Source of the DNA: Callorhinchus milii
Lineage: Eukaryota
Assembly: GCF_018977255.1 (NCBI RefSeq)
Contig: NW_024704743.1
Location: forward strand, 79,300,001-79,364,000
Length of the DNA stretch: 64,000 nucleotides
Direction of reading: 5' to 3'
The notes under the pieces were generated by a model. That model was not told the DNA's origin, made no database searches, and saw only the letters and a list, made by a program, of their open reading frames with translations. A program made the translations under genes and the position numbers. Of this stretch, positions 37,286 to 49,790 are shown piece by piece (position 1 is the first letter of the stretch; the number at the start of each line of letters is the position of its first letter).

Positions 37286-38445
37286 GATCTTAAATTTTAT
37301 GATGAAGTGATCTTAGTTGAGGAATTTTGGGTGTTGCCTGTCGCAGAATGCTCGGATGCGAAGTTCCAGATATCCACCATGCTTTATCACTGTAGGATAA
37401 CGGGTGCTTCCCCAATGGGAATAAAAATTGGAGGCCACCCTGATAGTGGTCAGTAATTGACACTAATAGGTGAAGGCTCGGGAATAGGTCTTAAGACTTT
37501 TTTAAAATAAAAAACTGAATTTCCAGTGTTCTATTATTAATAGCAACACTTGGTATTTTCTAAGGATTGAAAAGAAGAAAAATATTAATTGAAATGTTTG
37601 TTCAGATGAGGTAAATGTTTATAATTACAAAGTTTCACCAAAAGTGCTATATAATATCATTGTGATGCTGAAAAAAGTTACTCTAAAGTGTTGTCACATT
37701 TCATTGCGTGGATGTTACTTATCTCGTTATTTTGCTGGCCTAGACATAAACTATTTATAACCCTCTGTTTTTGATTTCATTGTGAAAGCATGCTTAAAAA
37801 CTCGTATGTAAATAATTGGAACCATTCCAATAAAAATGGTCTTGGTCAAGTAGATAGGAAATGTAGGATATTGGTTTTCCAAGCAATAAATGTATGTAAG
37901 TTTCACAGTAGTATAATTTTTTTTTGTGGTCAATCAGAACAAAAACTGAAAAGTAATGTTTCAAATGTTTTTTGAACCAGTGGACTTGCTTTTTAAACGA
38001 GTTATTTTATTATGCATTCCAGTAAATTGTGATGTAGAATGATATTCATTGGTATACTTATGTGACTGAGAGATCTAAAAAAAAAGTTGCTGTTTTTATT
38101 TACAGTTTTTTGTATATAATTCCAGATCCTGATCTTAGTACGTGAACTGTGTGTGAACAGTGTGACTGGAAGAAGACTTGTCTACTGGTAAATATTTACC
38201 CACTTGATTACTCGTACTATTTTAATACGATAACATTTAATGAAGCACTTCAACTAAACAAGCCAATGATTAAAATCAAATTTTGCAATTGGATATTGAA
38301 CATAAGCAGAATTGTGATGAGCAAAAGCTATTCACACTACCAAAGCATGTTGCTGTCGTTTTACCTTGTGTTACAACAGTATTCGGCATATTTCAGCGAT
38401 GCAAGCCTGTTAATGCAACAGGAAGGCACTGGATCCAATGGAGGC

Positions 38446-38610
38446 AACAACCACAACAAGATTACATTTGTATAGCGCCTTTCACATCAGGAGGATGTCC
38501 CAAGGCGCTGGACAGTGTACAGCATTTCAGACTCGAGCTGGGGTCAGGGGGAGAAGGGAGGGGAGGGGAAAGGGGTGGCCGATGGCATGGTCGAAGAGGA
38601 CAGCATTGAA
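38446..38610 (-). mobile_element. L2 3' tail fragment
   Basis: CAACAACCACAACAAGATTACATTTGTATAGCGCCTTTCACATCAGGAGGATGTCCCAAGGCGCTGGACAG. Confidence 0.88.
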
Positions 38611-38694
38611 CCTGGGAAAAGCTAGTGTGCAGGATCATTGTTAAATTGTGAAGATAAGCAGGGTCTCCTTGGAGATGAACTGGCTCCAAAGTAA

Positions 38695-39320
38695 CATACC
38701 TGGCAATGGAATATCGGAATTGAGTCATCCCTCTGTGGTGGTCTCGGTAGACTGGTTGCTGACCAGGCGGGTCTGCAGTATTCCAGGGCACTGCTGATGA
38801 CAGTATAATCATCCTGGCTCATCGGAAAGACCTGGAAGGCCAGACCAGTCAGTCACTGGGGGCAGGGAGTCATCCCACTCAGCTCCTGTTATCCCAGCCA
38901 AAGCCCTAATGGGTAGGTTGGTCCTAGTTGGACAAGCAGAGGGAAAGCTTGCCGGACAGCAAGCTATTTTCCCCACAAACTATACAGTCAATTCACTTTA
39001 CAGTCTATTCTGTGTAGTGCTTTGAGACGTCTCAAAGACGTGATAAGGCTCTACATCAAATGCAAAGATTATTACATATATTTTATCTGGCTAGACTCCA
39101 GCAATACCCCAACGCACACTCTGGGAACCCCAAAGTTTGGCTCTTGCCAACCTACTTTCCGGAATTAGGTAAACAGGATGAGTCCCTCCAGGGAGAGAGT
39201 GAACATTCCATTCCAACAATCTATCTCTGGCATTTCCATGTGTAGGTGGGATGCATGGAAATCTCAGCTTGGTTTGGATACTCTTAAACATGGTGATGAG
39301 TTCCGCATGAGTCAGACCAA
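38695..39320 (+). repeat. Unclassified repeat family X, long copy interrupted by a SINE 3' fragment (about 38965-39075)
   Basis: Colinear with 53820-54280; the SINE tail CAGTCAATTCACTTTACAG...AAATGCAAAGATTATT sits in the middle. Confidence 0.75.
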
Positions 39321-39327
39321 AAAAAAA

Positions 39328-39795
39328 TAGGTTCAAGCCCAGTGTTGGGATGTTGAGCTCACAGACTAGACCGACTCAGTAAAGTACTGAGCAGGCGGGT
39401 GGGTCCGCAGTATTCCAGGGTACTGCTAATGACAGTACAGCCGGCCTGGCTCATTGGCAGGACTTGGAAGGCCAGATCAGTCACTGGGGGCTCAGTGAAG
39501 TACTGAGTGAGGCTATGTTGGGGAAATTGACATTCTTTGAACGAGGCATTAAACCAAGGTCCAGTCTGCCTGTTCTGGTGGACGTTAAAGATCCCATAAC
39601 ACTATTTGAAAAGAAAAAGTATCCTGACCAACAGTTCTCCAATAATTGGATGTTTATTTAATGGCTGTTTGTGGGGTCTTACCATGTTGTCTTGGTTCCC
39701 GGCAAATGTACAATCACTACACTTGACAACAATTATCTGTGAAGCTCTTTTGAGACGTTTCAACATTATAGATGCTATATATAATATAAAATGGA
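39328..39795 (+). mobile_element. Older Deu-like SINE carrying a 99-bp insertion with a 17-bp target duplication
   Basis: GGTTCAAGCCC B-box head; TAAACCAAGGTCCAGTCTGCCTGTTCTGGTGGACGTTAAAGATCCCAT body; insert 39392-39490 flanked by CTCAGT(A/G)AAGTACTGAG. Confidence 0.7.
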
Positions 39796-40482
39796 ATACA
39801 AGGTTTATTACTCTTTTCAAACTGAAAATTGTACAGTACAAATTATATACTTGAGCTGAGGTGTTGATTTTGTATCAGGGATTAGTTAAAGATCTAGCAA
39901 AATTCCTTTTTAACAAGCCATGCAAATAAAAGCTGGTTCAAGGTTTTGCAAACCTAGGTATTTGTATGTTATGGCTATGTTTGCACAATGTTCTCCTGAA
40001 AGATTGCACACTCTCAAAGCACCAACATAAAACCCGGCAGAATGAAAGATACTGGTTTGAGCCCCATTCTGCAAACTTGATAATCTCTGTTGCACTGCTG
40101 GGAAAGATGTCAAATGATAGTTTAACATCTCCCTATAATGGAAGGAAATATCAGATTTCCTCTGACTCTTGCACTTCTTGGGAGTCATCTTTTTATTTAT
40201 ATGGGTTGATAGTATCATTGATGATCATCTGGAGAGCAAGCTACTTATTTCACCTTCCTTATATCGGAGGCATATAATCATGGGACGGGAGAGGGAGGCA
40301 GCTGCAAGAGCAACAAATTGGGGTGAGAAAACATTAAGTGCCCCCGTAGAAGATTAATATGCTTTCAAGAAAGCTATATGCCATTGTCTCTTAATTTTTC
40401 CATGACACACACATACCAAAGAGGATAGTGACCTGTTGGTCATCTAAGAGACATCATCAATCTCAACAACTCCATCTCAATA

Positions 40483-40596
40483 ATAATAATAATCCTTGCA
40501 TTTGATATAGCACTTTTTCACGTTCTTCTAGATGTCTCAAAGCGCTTCATAGAAGACGTGATAAGGTGCTATATCAAATCCAAGGATTATTATTAT
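40483..40596. repeat. Inverted pair of SINE tails forming an about 47-bp hairpin
   Basis: 40483-40530 pairs with 40550-40596 at about 90% identity, with a 19-nt loop. Confidence 0.9.
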
Positions 40597-40625
40597 CAAA
40601 TGCAATAAAATATCATTATTAAATG

Positions 40626-40842
40626 ATAATAATCCCTCAAGAAACCCCCCCCCAAAAAAATAATAAATTGGTCACTTCAATCCACGACTGTTTGTGGGAC
40701 ACTGCTGTGCACAATTGGCTGTTGCGTCTTGCCCATAAATATACAGTCAATTCACTTTATAGTGTATTCTGTGGAGCACTTTGAGATGTCTAGAAGAAGT
40801 GAAAAGCGCTATATCAAATGCAAGGATTATTTATTTTATTAT
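40626..40842 (+). mobile_element. SINE 3' portion
   Basis: ATAATAATCCCTCAAG...CTGTTTGTGGGACACTGCTGTGCACAATTGGCTG...AAATGCAAGGATTATT. Confidence 0.9.
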
Positions 40843-41137
40843 TACAAGAACACATAGAGAATATCAAGCCGTTTCAGTACATTATCAGCCTAATCAGACC
40901 TTTGTCTTTCATTGGCTAATCTGTTGAAATGCAGTAGATCTGTCAAGGTCAGTAACATTTTACATTCTTGAAATGTCTCGCATGAGGAATCTTGTTTACT
41001 GGCATCAGTGTGCCTTCAGTGGGCATGCATTTCTCGGAACATTTTGAACCATAAAGTAATTTTTACTTTAGTAAAGTAGACACTATTACTTGGTTTTAGG
41101 AGTTTACAGTTTTAATTTACTATTACTCTTGTTTTCT

Positions 41138-41414
41138 AAAAGTGAGAGATCTGGGTTTGATTCCCGGCAGGGTGAAACCTTGGGCAAGTTTCCTCACTCC
41201 ACACGCCTAATATTAATCCCTCAAGAAACAAAAAGCAATAAAATTGTTCGCTTCAATCCACGATTGTTTGTAGGACACTGCTGTGCGCAATTGGCTGCCG
41301 TGTTTCGCCTACACATATACAGTCAACTCACTTGACAGAATACTCTGTGAAGTGCTTTGAGACGTCTAGAAGACGTGAAAAAGCGCTATATCAAATGCAA
41401 GGATTATTATTATT
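41138..41414 (+). mobile_element. tRNA-derived SINE lacking the A box
   Basis: GAGAGATCTGGGTTTGATTCCCGGCAGGG B-box region through to the GGATTATTATTATT tail. Confidence 0.9.
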
Positions 41415-41754
41415 CATCTGAACAAATTAGCAAATCAGTTATTTTTAGTCAAACTATTTTAGATTTCCTGATTATTTTGTTCCCATGCCACTGCTCTCTA
41501 CTGTCTTCTAACTAATTTGATCTTCCTTTTAACTGATCAGTACCTTACTTCAAATGTCAGAAAGTGACAAAGTAAATCTGTTACCACCTCATTCAGTCTC
41601 CTAATGTAAGCAAAATGTAATATAATAGTTTTTGACTTTCTCACTGGGCCATGGAGAGTGTTCCGGGCTTCAAAAAAAACATAAGAAGTTCCCCCAATCT
41701 TTTCCATGGTTTTAATTTAATTTCATATCCACAGTTAACTTTGGTCACAGCATT

Positions 41755-42215
41755 CATTGAACAATATACATTTGGAGCACAGAAGAAGGCCATCATGTCT
41801 GTACAGGTTCCCTCCATCCCATTTACCTGCCCATTCCCCATGTAGTTCACTTTTTTTAAGTTATTTATCTAATTCCCTGTTGAAGGCCAATACGGATTCT
41901 GCCTCAACCACTGCTCCTGGCAGATCATTCCATATCCTAACTACTCTACGAAAACAATTTTCCTAACCTTCCCATTTGCTTGTTTAGTAACTAAAATCGA
42001 TGCCCTCTAGTTACTTACTCGCTGACCAGTGGAAATAATTTCTCTCTATTGACTCCATAATTTTAAATACCTCTTTTAATTTGACCTTCAATCTTCTGTG
42101 TCCCAGTTCCTCCAGTCTACGCTCATAGGCCACACCACTCATTCCCAATATACTTCTAGTAAATTTCCTCTACACCTACCTCTTCTATCACCTTGACATC
42201 TTTCTATAATGAACA
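41755..42215 (-). mobile_element. Degenerate CR1 3' fragment
   Basis: GCACAGAAGAAGGCCAT, TTATCTAATTCCCTGTTGAAG and GATTCTGCCTCAACCAC...CATTCCATATCCTAAC correspond in reverse to 43450-43650. Confidence 0.8.
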
Positions 42216-42399
42216 TACCTCAAAAAGCTCAATTCCAGTTTAATTAGTCCTGCAAAACCTTCTGAACATTGATGTAAAATATTGAATGGACGGGGGTGAT
42301 CATATTTGTTTTCATTTCTTCCCTTTCTCTATCGATAGATCAACAAATACATTAAGCTTACATGTTAAATGCAAATCATAGCCTTTGTTAATCATCGCA

Positions 42400-43667
42400 A
42401 ATGATGGCCTTTGTTAAAGGCAAATCGCGTCTAACAAACCTGATAGTTTTTTGATGAATTAAAGGAGAGGGTAGATGACGGTAGTGCAGTTGATGTAGTT
42501 TACATGGATTTTCAAAAGGCGTTTGATAAAAGTGCCACATAAGAGACTTGTAAGCAAAATAGAAGCCCATGGTATTAAAGGGACAGTGGCAGCATGGATA
42601 CAGAACTGGCTGGGAGACAGAAAGCAGAGAGTGGTGGTGAACAGTTGTTTTTCTGACTGGAGGGAAGTGTGCAGTGGTGTTCCCCAGGGTTAGTATTGGG
42701 ACCACTGCTGTTTTTGATCTACATAAATGACTTGGATATTGTACTCCTTATACCCATGTTTGCAGATGCTACTAAGCCAGGAAAAGTAGTAAACAGTGAG
42801 GAGGATGGTAGTAGACTGCAAATGCACATAGACAGACTGGTAAAATGGGCAGACACGTGGCAGATTAAGTTTAATGTGGAGAAATGCAAAGTGATGCATT
42901 TTGGGAGGAAGAATAAGGAGAGGCAATATAAGCTGATGGTACAATCTTAAAAGGGGTGAAGGAACAGAGAGACCTGCGGGTTCATGTAAGTAAATCTTTG
43001 AAGGTGGCAGCACAGGTAGAGAAAGCTATTAAAACAGCATACGGGATACTAGGCTTTATAAATAAGGGCGTAGAATGCAAAAGTGAGGAAGTTATGATGA
43101 ACCTTTATAAAACACTGGTTCGGCCTCAGCTGGAGTACTGTGTTCAGTTCTGGGCCCCACACCTTAGGAAGGATGTCAAGGCATTGGAGAGGGTGCAAAG
43201 GAGATTTACCAGGATGGTACCAGGAATGAAGGACTTCAGTTTTCAGGAGAGGCTAGAGAAGCTAGGATTATTCTCCTTGGAGCAGAGAAGATTAAGAGGA
43301 GACTTAATAGAAGTTTTCAAAATTATGAGGGGATTCGATAGGGTGAACAAGGAGAAACTATTTCCACTGGTGGGTGGGTCGGTAACCCGAGGACACCAAT
43401 ATTTGTTAAAAGAAACAAGGGAGGTGAGGAATTTTTTTTTCACCCGGCGAGTTGTTCGGATCTGGAATGCATTGCCTGAAAGGGTGGTGGAAGCTGATTC
43501 AATAGCACATTTTAAGAGAGAAGCAGATAGATATTTGGGGAGGACAAATTTGCAGGGCTATGGGGAGAGAGCGGGTGGGTGGGATTGAATTGGATAGCTC
43601 TTCAAAGAGCTGGCACAGACACGATGGGCCAAATGGCCTTCTTCTGTGCTGTATAATTCTATGATTC
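42400..43667 (+). mobile_element. CR1 LINE, about 1.27-kb 5'-truncated ORF2 pseudogene (RT and C-terminal domain) with 3' UTR
   Basis: FVKGKSRLTNL, LGPLLFLIYINDL, FADATK (catalytic FADD changed to FADA), LVRPQLEYCVQFWAPH, RRLRGDLIEVFKIM; frameshifts and stops; tail TTCTATGATTC. Confidence 0.95.
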
Positions 43668-43769
43668 GGAGTTAGTTCTTGTGATTCGCCTTAAAACTTA
43701 AAAGAAACATCACAGAACAGCAGCAAACCACTCACTCAAATGAGTGAGAGGGCATGTTTTTTTTCCCTA

Positions 43770-44150
43770 TTTTTGTTGGGTTTTCGCCCCTTCTTTGAAA
43801 GAAACTATTTAGTCAGGTAGGCTTCATAATTGGCAACAGGCTGTTTTCACAAGAGGCAGCAGCCCTTGATCATTCTTCATGTGTAAAATAGGGCAGTGAG
43901 GGCCAGCAGGCTATTAAACTGCAGCTATCGCAGCCAAGACTGACTCCCTCCTGGCCCAGTGTCCAGATGGGCATTTCTATTTCAAGGCTTCTTGAATAGC
44001 ATTTGTGATTCTGAATCTGGCCCTAGTATGGGGATTGTTTTTAACAACCCTGCTGCAGTCCAGGTGAGATTGGCTAACTCAAGTCAAACAAAAAAATTAC
44101 ACTTGGAAACTTCCTGGTATATTATAGCACAGAACCATAGTATTTAATAT
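43770..44150 (-). mobile_element. Old SINE-like repeat (MER131-like, by recall); related fragments near 4340-4460 and 13700-13915
   Basis: CATTCTTCATGTGT...CAGTGAG...CAGCAGGCTATT...CAGCCAAGACTGA...GAGATTGGCTAACTCA...ACTTCCTGGT motifs; highly diverged. Confidence 0.45.
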
Positions 44151-46981
44151 ATTTTTCTTTTAACCATTGTTGGTTAAACTCTTCATATCTAGGAGAGACT
44201 GTCTTATTTCAGAATGTCTACTACTCTAGTATTTTTTCAAATAAGTGCTGAAAGTTAGTTATGCAGCTATTGTGACAGCTGATGTACGTTTTCTACAAAT
44301 TGGAGGATTTTTTTTACTTTGAATTAATTCTTTCTACCTCAGTCAGAAGGATTCCAAAGATGTAATAATCTGCTTGTTTTAACTGACCTTTCTTTCAGTT
44401 AGGAAATAAACACTGTATTTTACCTGTCTTCTCATCCTTGTCTCAAGGCAAAAGAAATATGAGACCAATTTAAGTGACAAACAATTTTCATCGCTGTGGA
44501 GCTGTTTGCCTATTATATTGAAACTCACACTAGCAGCAATGAAGAATTATGTTCAAAGGTCTATATCAGGCCAAGAATGATTTTGAAATATTGTCATAAA
44601 TTTAAGAGGAGGGTTTAACTTAAGTCCACTTTAATACTTGGGTGGGTGTTGGGGGGAATAAGAGAATCTGAGTTTGACACTAAACTGGAACTCTACACAT
44701 CTTCAAATCCAGCCCCAAAACATGCCCTTTGGCCAGGCCTACTGCCCTCTTCCCCCTTTCCTAGTATTTGACACTGTCTTTGCAAAGTGATGTTATCCTT
44801 TGTGAAAGTATAAATGTAAGTTGTTGCAGTTGATGGAATGAAGCAATAATTAGTAGTTAGTCACACCCTGTATGAGCTATTCTATAGAGGAAGCTCACCA
44901 ATCGTTGGAAAAAATGTAAACATTTTTATTTTCCTCTGGCACTGAGTTTACATTTAACCCTTCACATCGTCTGAGTGTATATATTCACAGAATAAAATTT
45001 TCATGCTAAAAAAATGACTCAGCTGTTTGGTGTGAGTGCTGCATAACTGGTTGATTAGTCAAAAGAAATTTGGAAAACCCTATTGAACTGAATTTGTCTG
45101 AGCTGCCCAAAATAAACTGATAATAATTTTCCACGAACAGCAACAACAGCAATTTACATTCATAGAGTGCCCTTCATAGAAACAAACCACTCGGAAGTGC
45201 TTCACAAAATGAATCCGAAGTGGAAGTCGTTATGGAGGCATGTAACTCAACATGCCTGTTGACTGGGTATTTCAGAAACCTGGTGTGAACCAGAATGACA
45301 AAAGCTCAATAATGTTGTTGCTTTTATACACACCTACTCACTCACATATATTTAATATATATATATGTACTTAAGGCCACAGTAGATGGTAAGTACAAAT
45401 TTTAGATTTTAGGTAGAGTTTATTGTTTGATTCAATGGTTAATATAACTCAATTAGCTGGGTATGTATCAATTTCACAAAGCAATTTTGATTGAATTCTG
45501 GGGGGCACGCAATCCTCTGACTGATTGGAAAAAAATTATTTGAGGTGGGAATGGGAAGAATGTAGATTTCTTTGCCAGATCATAGCTGGGAAATAATTGT
45601 TTGCTGTTTCTTTACTAATGGAAAATTATTTGCAGTCAAGGTTTTTTTTAAAAAAACTATATGCATGTATCTGAGTGTACATGTATCTTTATATGTGCAA
45701 GTTATTTTTTAAAAAATTCTAGCCTGCATAAAAGCTTTTCAAAACTGTTTCAGCCAAGTGTAAGTAATTAATGGTAGTAGGACATAGTTGGAACCGTGCT
45801 TTTTATACCTGTTGACTTATGAAATTGCTCCATTGTATGTGAGATTGTTTCTTCCCCCTCCAAGTCGACATACTTTTTAAATTTAGATTTTATCTCCTTT
45901 TTAACTCTATGCCATTCCTAGGTCATGGATCCAGCTAGGCATCCAAGCTCAAAGTCTTTGCCTTTCGATGCATTTGATGTGGCTTTGAGTAATTGTGTGA
46001 GAATAGTTTTGATATTGAGTTGTGATTTTGTGAGATGATGGTGTTGCCACGTGTAAAATTATATGCAAAATTGGCATCCTACTTCATTTTGGCTGAGCGA
46101 TTTGGAGTGCTGACGTACAGCACTGCCATCAAGTGTTAGTTTAACTTCCTCAAAAATAAAACAAAGTTCTCTTGACTGCAATGTAATGTTATTGTAGCCC
46201 ATTGTGTCTGCTTTATTAAAATACAAGTTACATATCTGAATGTAAATTGAATCTGTTTTCGATAAGGAGCCTAGAAACTAATGATTTATTGTTCTGGATT
46301 CAAAATACCACTGTAAAATACGGCACTATTTGCCTGGAATGAAGAAGTCCACTAAATTTCCATGATAATGTGAATTATACTAATTATTTAAAGCAATTTT
46401 GTGATGTGCTCAGAAGTTAGTAATTTTCTGGTCAAGTACACACCATTCCCAGAATATCATTCTAAAAATTAAGTAGAACAGTCAAGTTTCTTTTAAAAAA
46501 AATGCTTTTGGGAGGCATCAGTCACTATAACCACTATCTTGATGTACTTTTCCTCAGTGTAAAATCAGGGATTAGTAAGAAATAGGAAAATTGAGTTATA
46601 ACTAGCATAAATGATACAAAAGGATAATGTGTTCTTTCATATTACAGAATGATTCTGATTGCTTGTTGGTGATGAAGCAAGATCACCAACACTTGCTCTA
46701 ACATCTACCTGTTTCTTTCTGAGACAAAGATCCTTGCTTTTTCCATAGTAGGATGAATAAAATGTTTGGGTTCTTTTCCTAAGTAGTTGGTGAAATCCAG
46801 GTAATCGAGCAGCCCTGTCTATTATGGCATACTGGTTCAATCTCAAACTCCTCAACAGTTCCGTCCCAATTTTAAGTTCCAAATAATGATTACATATGGG
46901 AATATACTTACGTTACTTGCCTTTGAAAACTGCAGAAGTGAGCATGAAGACTAATGAGCCATTTTGTTCTTTGCAATTCAG

Positions 46982-47017
46982 ATTGGGAGCCAACAGACTA
47001 AGCAGCAACAGTTGTAG
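46982..47017 (+). other. CYRIB: Candidate 36-nt CYRIB 5' exon (exon 2)
   Basis: Branch-point-like CTAAT at 46951-46955, pyrimidine tract ATTTTGTTCTTTGCAATTCAG acceptor, exon ATTGGGAGCCAACAGACTAAGCAGCAACAGTTGTAG, strong donor TAG|GTAAGA. Unique sequence between the CpG island and the ATG exons. Confidence 0.6.
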
Positions 47018-48750
47018 GTAAGACCAGTGCTGTTTTATATGATAGCTACTCTACTAATAGAATTTTTGCCATAAGTCTTGCCAATATTATCAATGGCAAC
47101 CGATATGCATAAGACTTGATAGCGGGTTGGGATATATTTCAAAGGTGCATATACAAATGATTCATGTCAGGTGCTATTCTTGAATGTGTAAGCATAGGCT
47201 GGGGGTGGCTAGGGCTAGAGGGGGTTCAGCTGCCTCCTCCAAATCTGTTTGCAGATCATCTCTTTTAAGGGGAGCAGGGAGAGGGAAGCCTTGAGGACCA
47301 CAACCAGTCGTCCAAGCAGCCCCAACTCGTGACACCCACGGGACTCCCAACGTATCGTTGCCACCTGCCCACTTTGGTCCGGTAAGACCCTTGTCGTGGT
47401 GTGCTCACTTCTGATTGACCAATGGACCTGTCAGTCAAGCCAGCAGCTCCCCTGTCTTAAAGGGGACCGATCCTTTATTGAGTTTTTTCAGTTTTCCTCT
47501 CTCCCCCCCTCCCGAACATTTTCACCCGCCGCCTATGTGTACAAGCCCAGAATCAATGGGGACATGTTTATGCCATACTGATTATAACCCCACCCCCAAA
47601 TATACGTGAAAGCTTTAACAAAGTATATCCAGTTATTTTGCAGTGGAAGGCATAAGTGAACAGACTGTATAGATGGTTACTATTTCAAGCTCTAAATTAA
47701 GTGGTAAATTATATTTTTAAGTTTTAAAAAACAATCAAATAGCAATCAAATAAATAGCTTTTTTTTGATAAAATGAGATATGTAGGTTTGATTTCCCCAT
47801 CCACCAGAACAATAGTAGAATAATTTAATTGCTGAGGTTTATTTGGAAACAAGTCTAAAACTTTGAATTGTTGCTGCACTGTGTAGATGATGCTCCCTCT
47901 GTTCCCTTCTCTTTCTCTGGCTACCCCTTCAGCCAGCAAAACAAATTGGAAAATTTAATTATAGCCTATAGCTTTTTAAAGCTCTTGAGTCCTGTGATTC
48001 TGGGAAAAATGGAAGCCGCTATAGCATTATTTGTTGTGAAAGCTATTTGCATTGTGATTTAGCAAACCTAAAAATAAACTTTTCAGATGAGTACATTCTA
48101 TTTGTGATTTTTAAAAAAAGCTATTTTGTATCCATTTCTCATATTCAAAATATAATGGTAACTTAAAAATAAAAATTCTGAAAACAAACATTGCCATGTT
48201 AATGTTTTGTGTTGAATGTCCTGTCTAAGAATACTAGATGAAAGAAACCTGCTATCCATTTTGCTCAATGTGGAAAATACTTTGATATATACAAGAACAT
48301 TGTACAATGGAGTAAAGCTGTAACAATTGATTTTTCAAACCTAAAGTTTGAATTAGCGGATAAATCATGAGAGTGAGGATCTTGGATGTAGCTCAGAAAA
48401 CTATAGATACATTCCTATTAGTTGGGAAATTGAGCTGGTTGAGTATTTCCCATTCCCAACGTGAGGACCAGGCAAAACTATTGCTTACCTTTTCTGAGCA
48501 TCAAAAAGTGTGAGCCCACAGCTTTTACTCTTCCAAAACTAAAGATCCCAGTGAAAATGGATTTCCAAAAGAACTTCAATGTGCTCACAAAGACCTGTTA
48601 CCCCCATGTATTTTTTATATAGCGCACTGACCAATAACTAAAACGTATGGAAGAATAATAATTGTATTTAGAATCACTTAATTGTATTCGTATTAACCGT
48701 ATTAAGATGGCCAGAGGATAGGTGTGAGCACCATCATTTTCATGGCAGAT

Positions 48751-49790
48751 ACAACAACAAAATTACATTTGTATAGTGCCTTTCACATTGGGAGGACGTA
48801 CCAAGGTGCTGGACAATCAGTGTTTCGGACCCGAGCTGGGGGTCGGGATCAGGGAGGGTGGAGGGCAGGTGGGGGGGAAAAAGAGGGTGACCGAAGGCAC
48901 GGTTGAAGAGGAGGGTATTGAGACAAGTCTTGAAGGAGGCAAGGGAGGGAGCGAGCCGGAGGGACTGTGGGATGGAGTTCCAGAGGGTGGGGGCAGAGTG
49001 GCTGAAGGTCCGCCTGCCAATAGTGGGGCAGGTAAGGCAGGGGACGTGAAGCAGGACGGAGCCCGCTGAGCAGGAGTGGGCAGGTTGGTAGGGGGTAGGA
49101 GGTCACAGACGTAGGAGGGAGCAAGGCTGTGGAGGGCTTTGAAAGTGAGGACCAGCATCTTGAACTCTGTGCAATGGGAAGCCAGTGGAATTGGGTGAGG
49201 ATGGGGGTGATAGTGTTGCGGAGCGGGAGAGGACACGGGCTGCAGAGCTGGATGATCTGTAACCAATGGAGGGAGGAGTTGGGGTGGCTGACAAGCAGGG
49301 AGTTTGCGTAGTCAAGCCTGGATGTTATGAACGCGTGTATTAGGGTCTGTATTAGGTGGCCTATGGTGTGAGACAGTGGCAGAGCCGGGCGATGTTGCGG
49401 AGGTGGGGGAAGGCAGAGCGAGTCATGGTGCAGATGTGGGATAGAAAGGACAGTTGAGGGTCAAAAAAACGCCAAGGTTCCAGACTGGCTCAGTGAGTGG
49501 AGTGCATCGTTGGATGGTGATGCTGTCAGCGCCGGAGGTGTGGATGCGCTGACGGGAGTCAATCAGGTGGGTCTCATCCAGGACTTGATGTCTGACAGTG
49601 GTCCTGGAGTCTAGGGTGAAGGCAGAGAGATAGAGGTTGGGTGTCATCGGCATACATGTAGAAGTTGCGGATGATGTCACTAAGAGGGAGTGTATAGATA
49701 TTGAAAAGAAGGGAACCAAAAATAGAGCCCTGAGGAACGCTGCACAGGACGGTGCGGGGGCTAGAGGAAAAGCTGTTTGTGAAGATGAAG
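48751..49790 (-). mobile_element. L2 LINE, about 1-kb 3' fragment including the RT core
   Basis: SVPQGSIFGSLLFNIYTLPL...YMYADDTQ in ORF 49574-49945; (CAA)n tail at 48751. Confidence 0.93.

Noticed and set aside
38794..38860. Hammerhead ribozyme (CTGATGA...GAAA) in family X
   Set aside because: Stem II and the stem III/NUH site do not form, and the paralogous copy at about 39426 reads CTAATGA without GAAA.
42956..43588. 210-aa ORF as a host gene or active retroelement
   Set aside because: CR1 ORF2 C-terminus of a 5'-truncated copy; upstream frames are broken and the catalytic motif is mutated.
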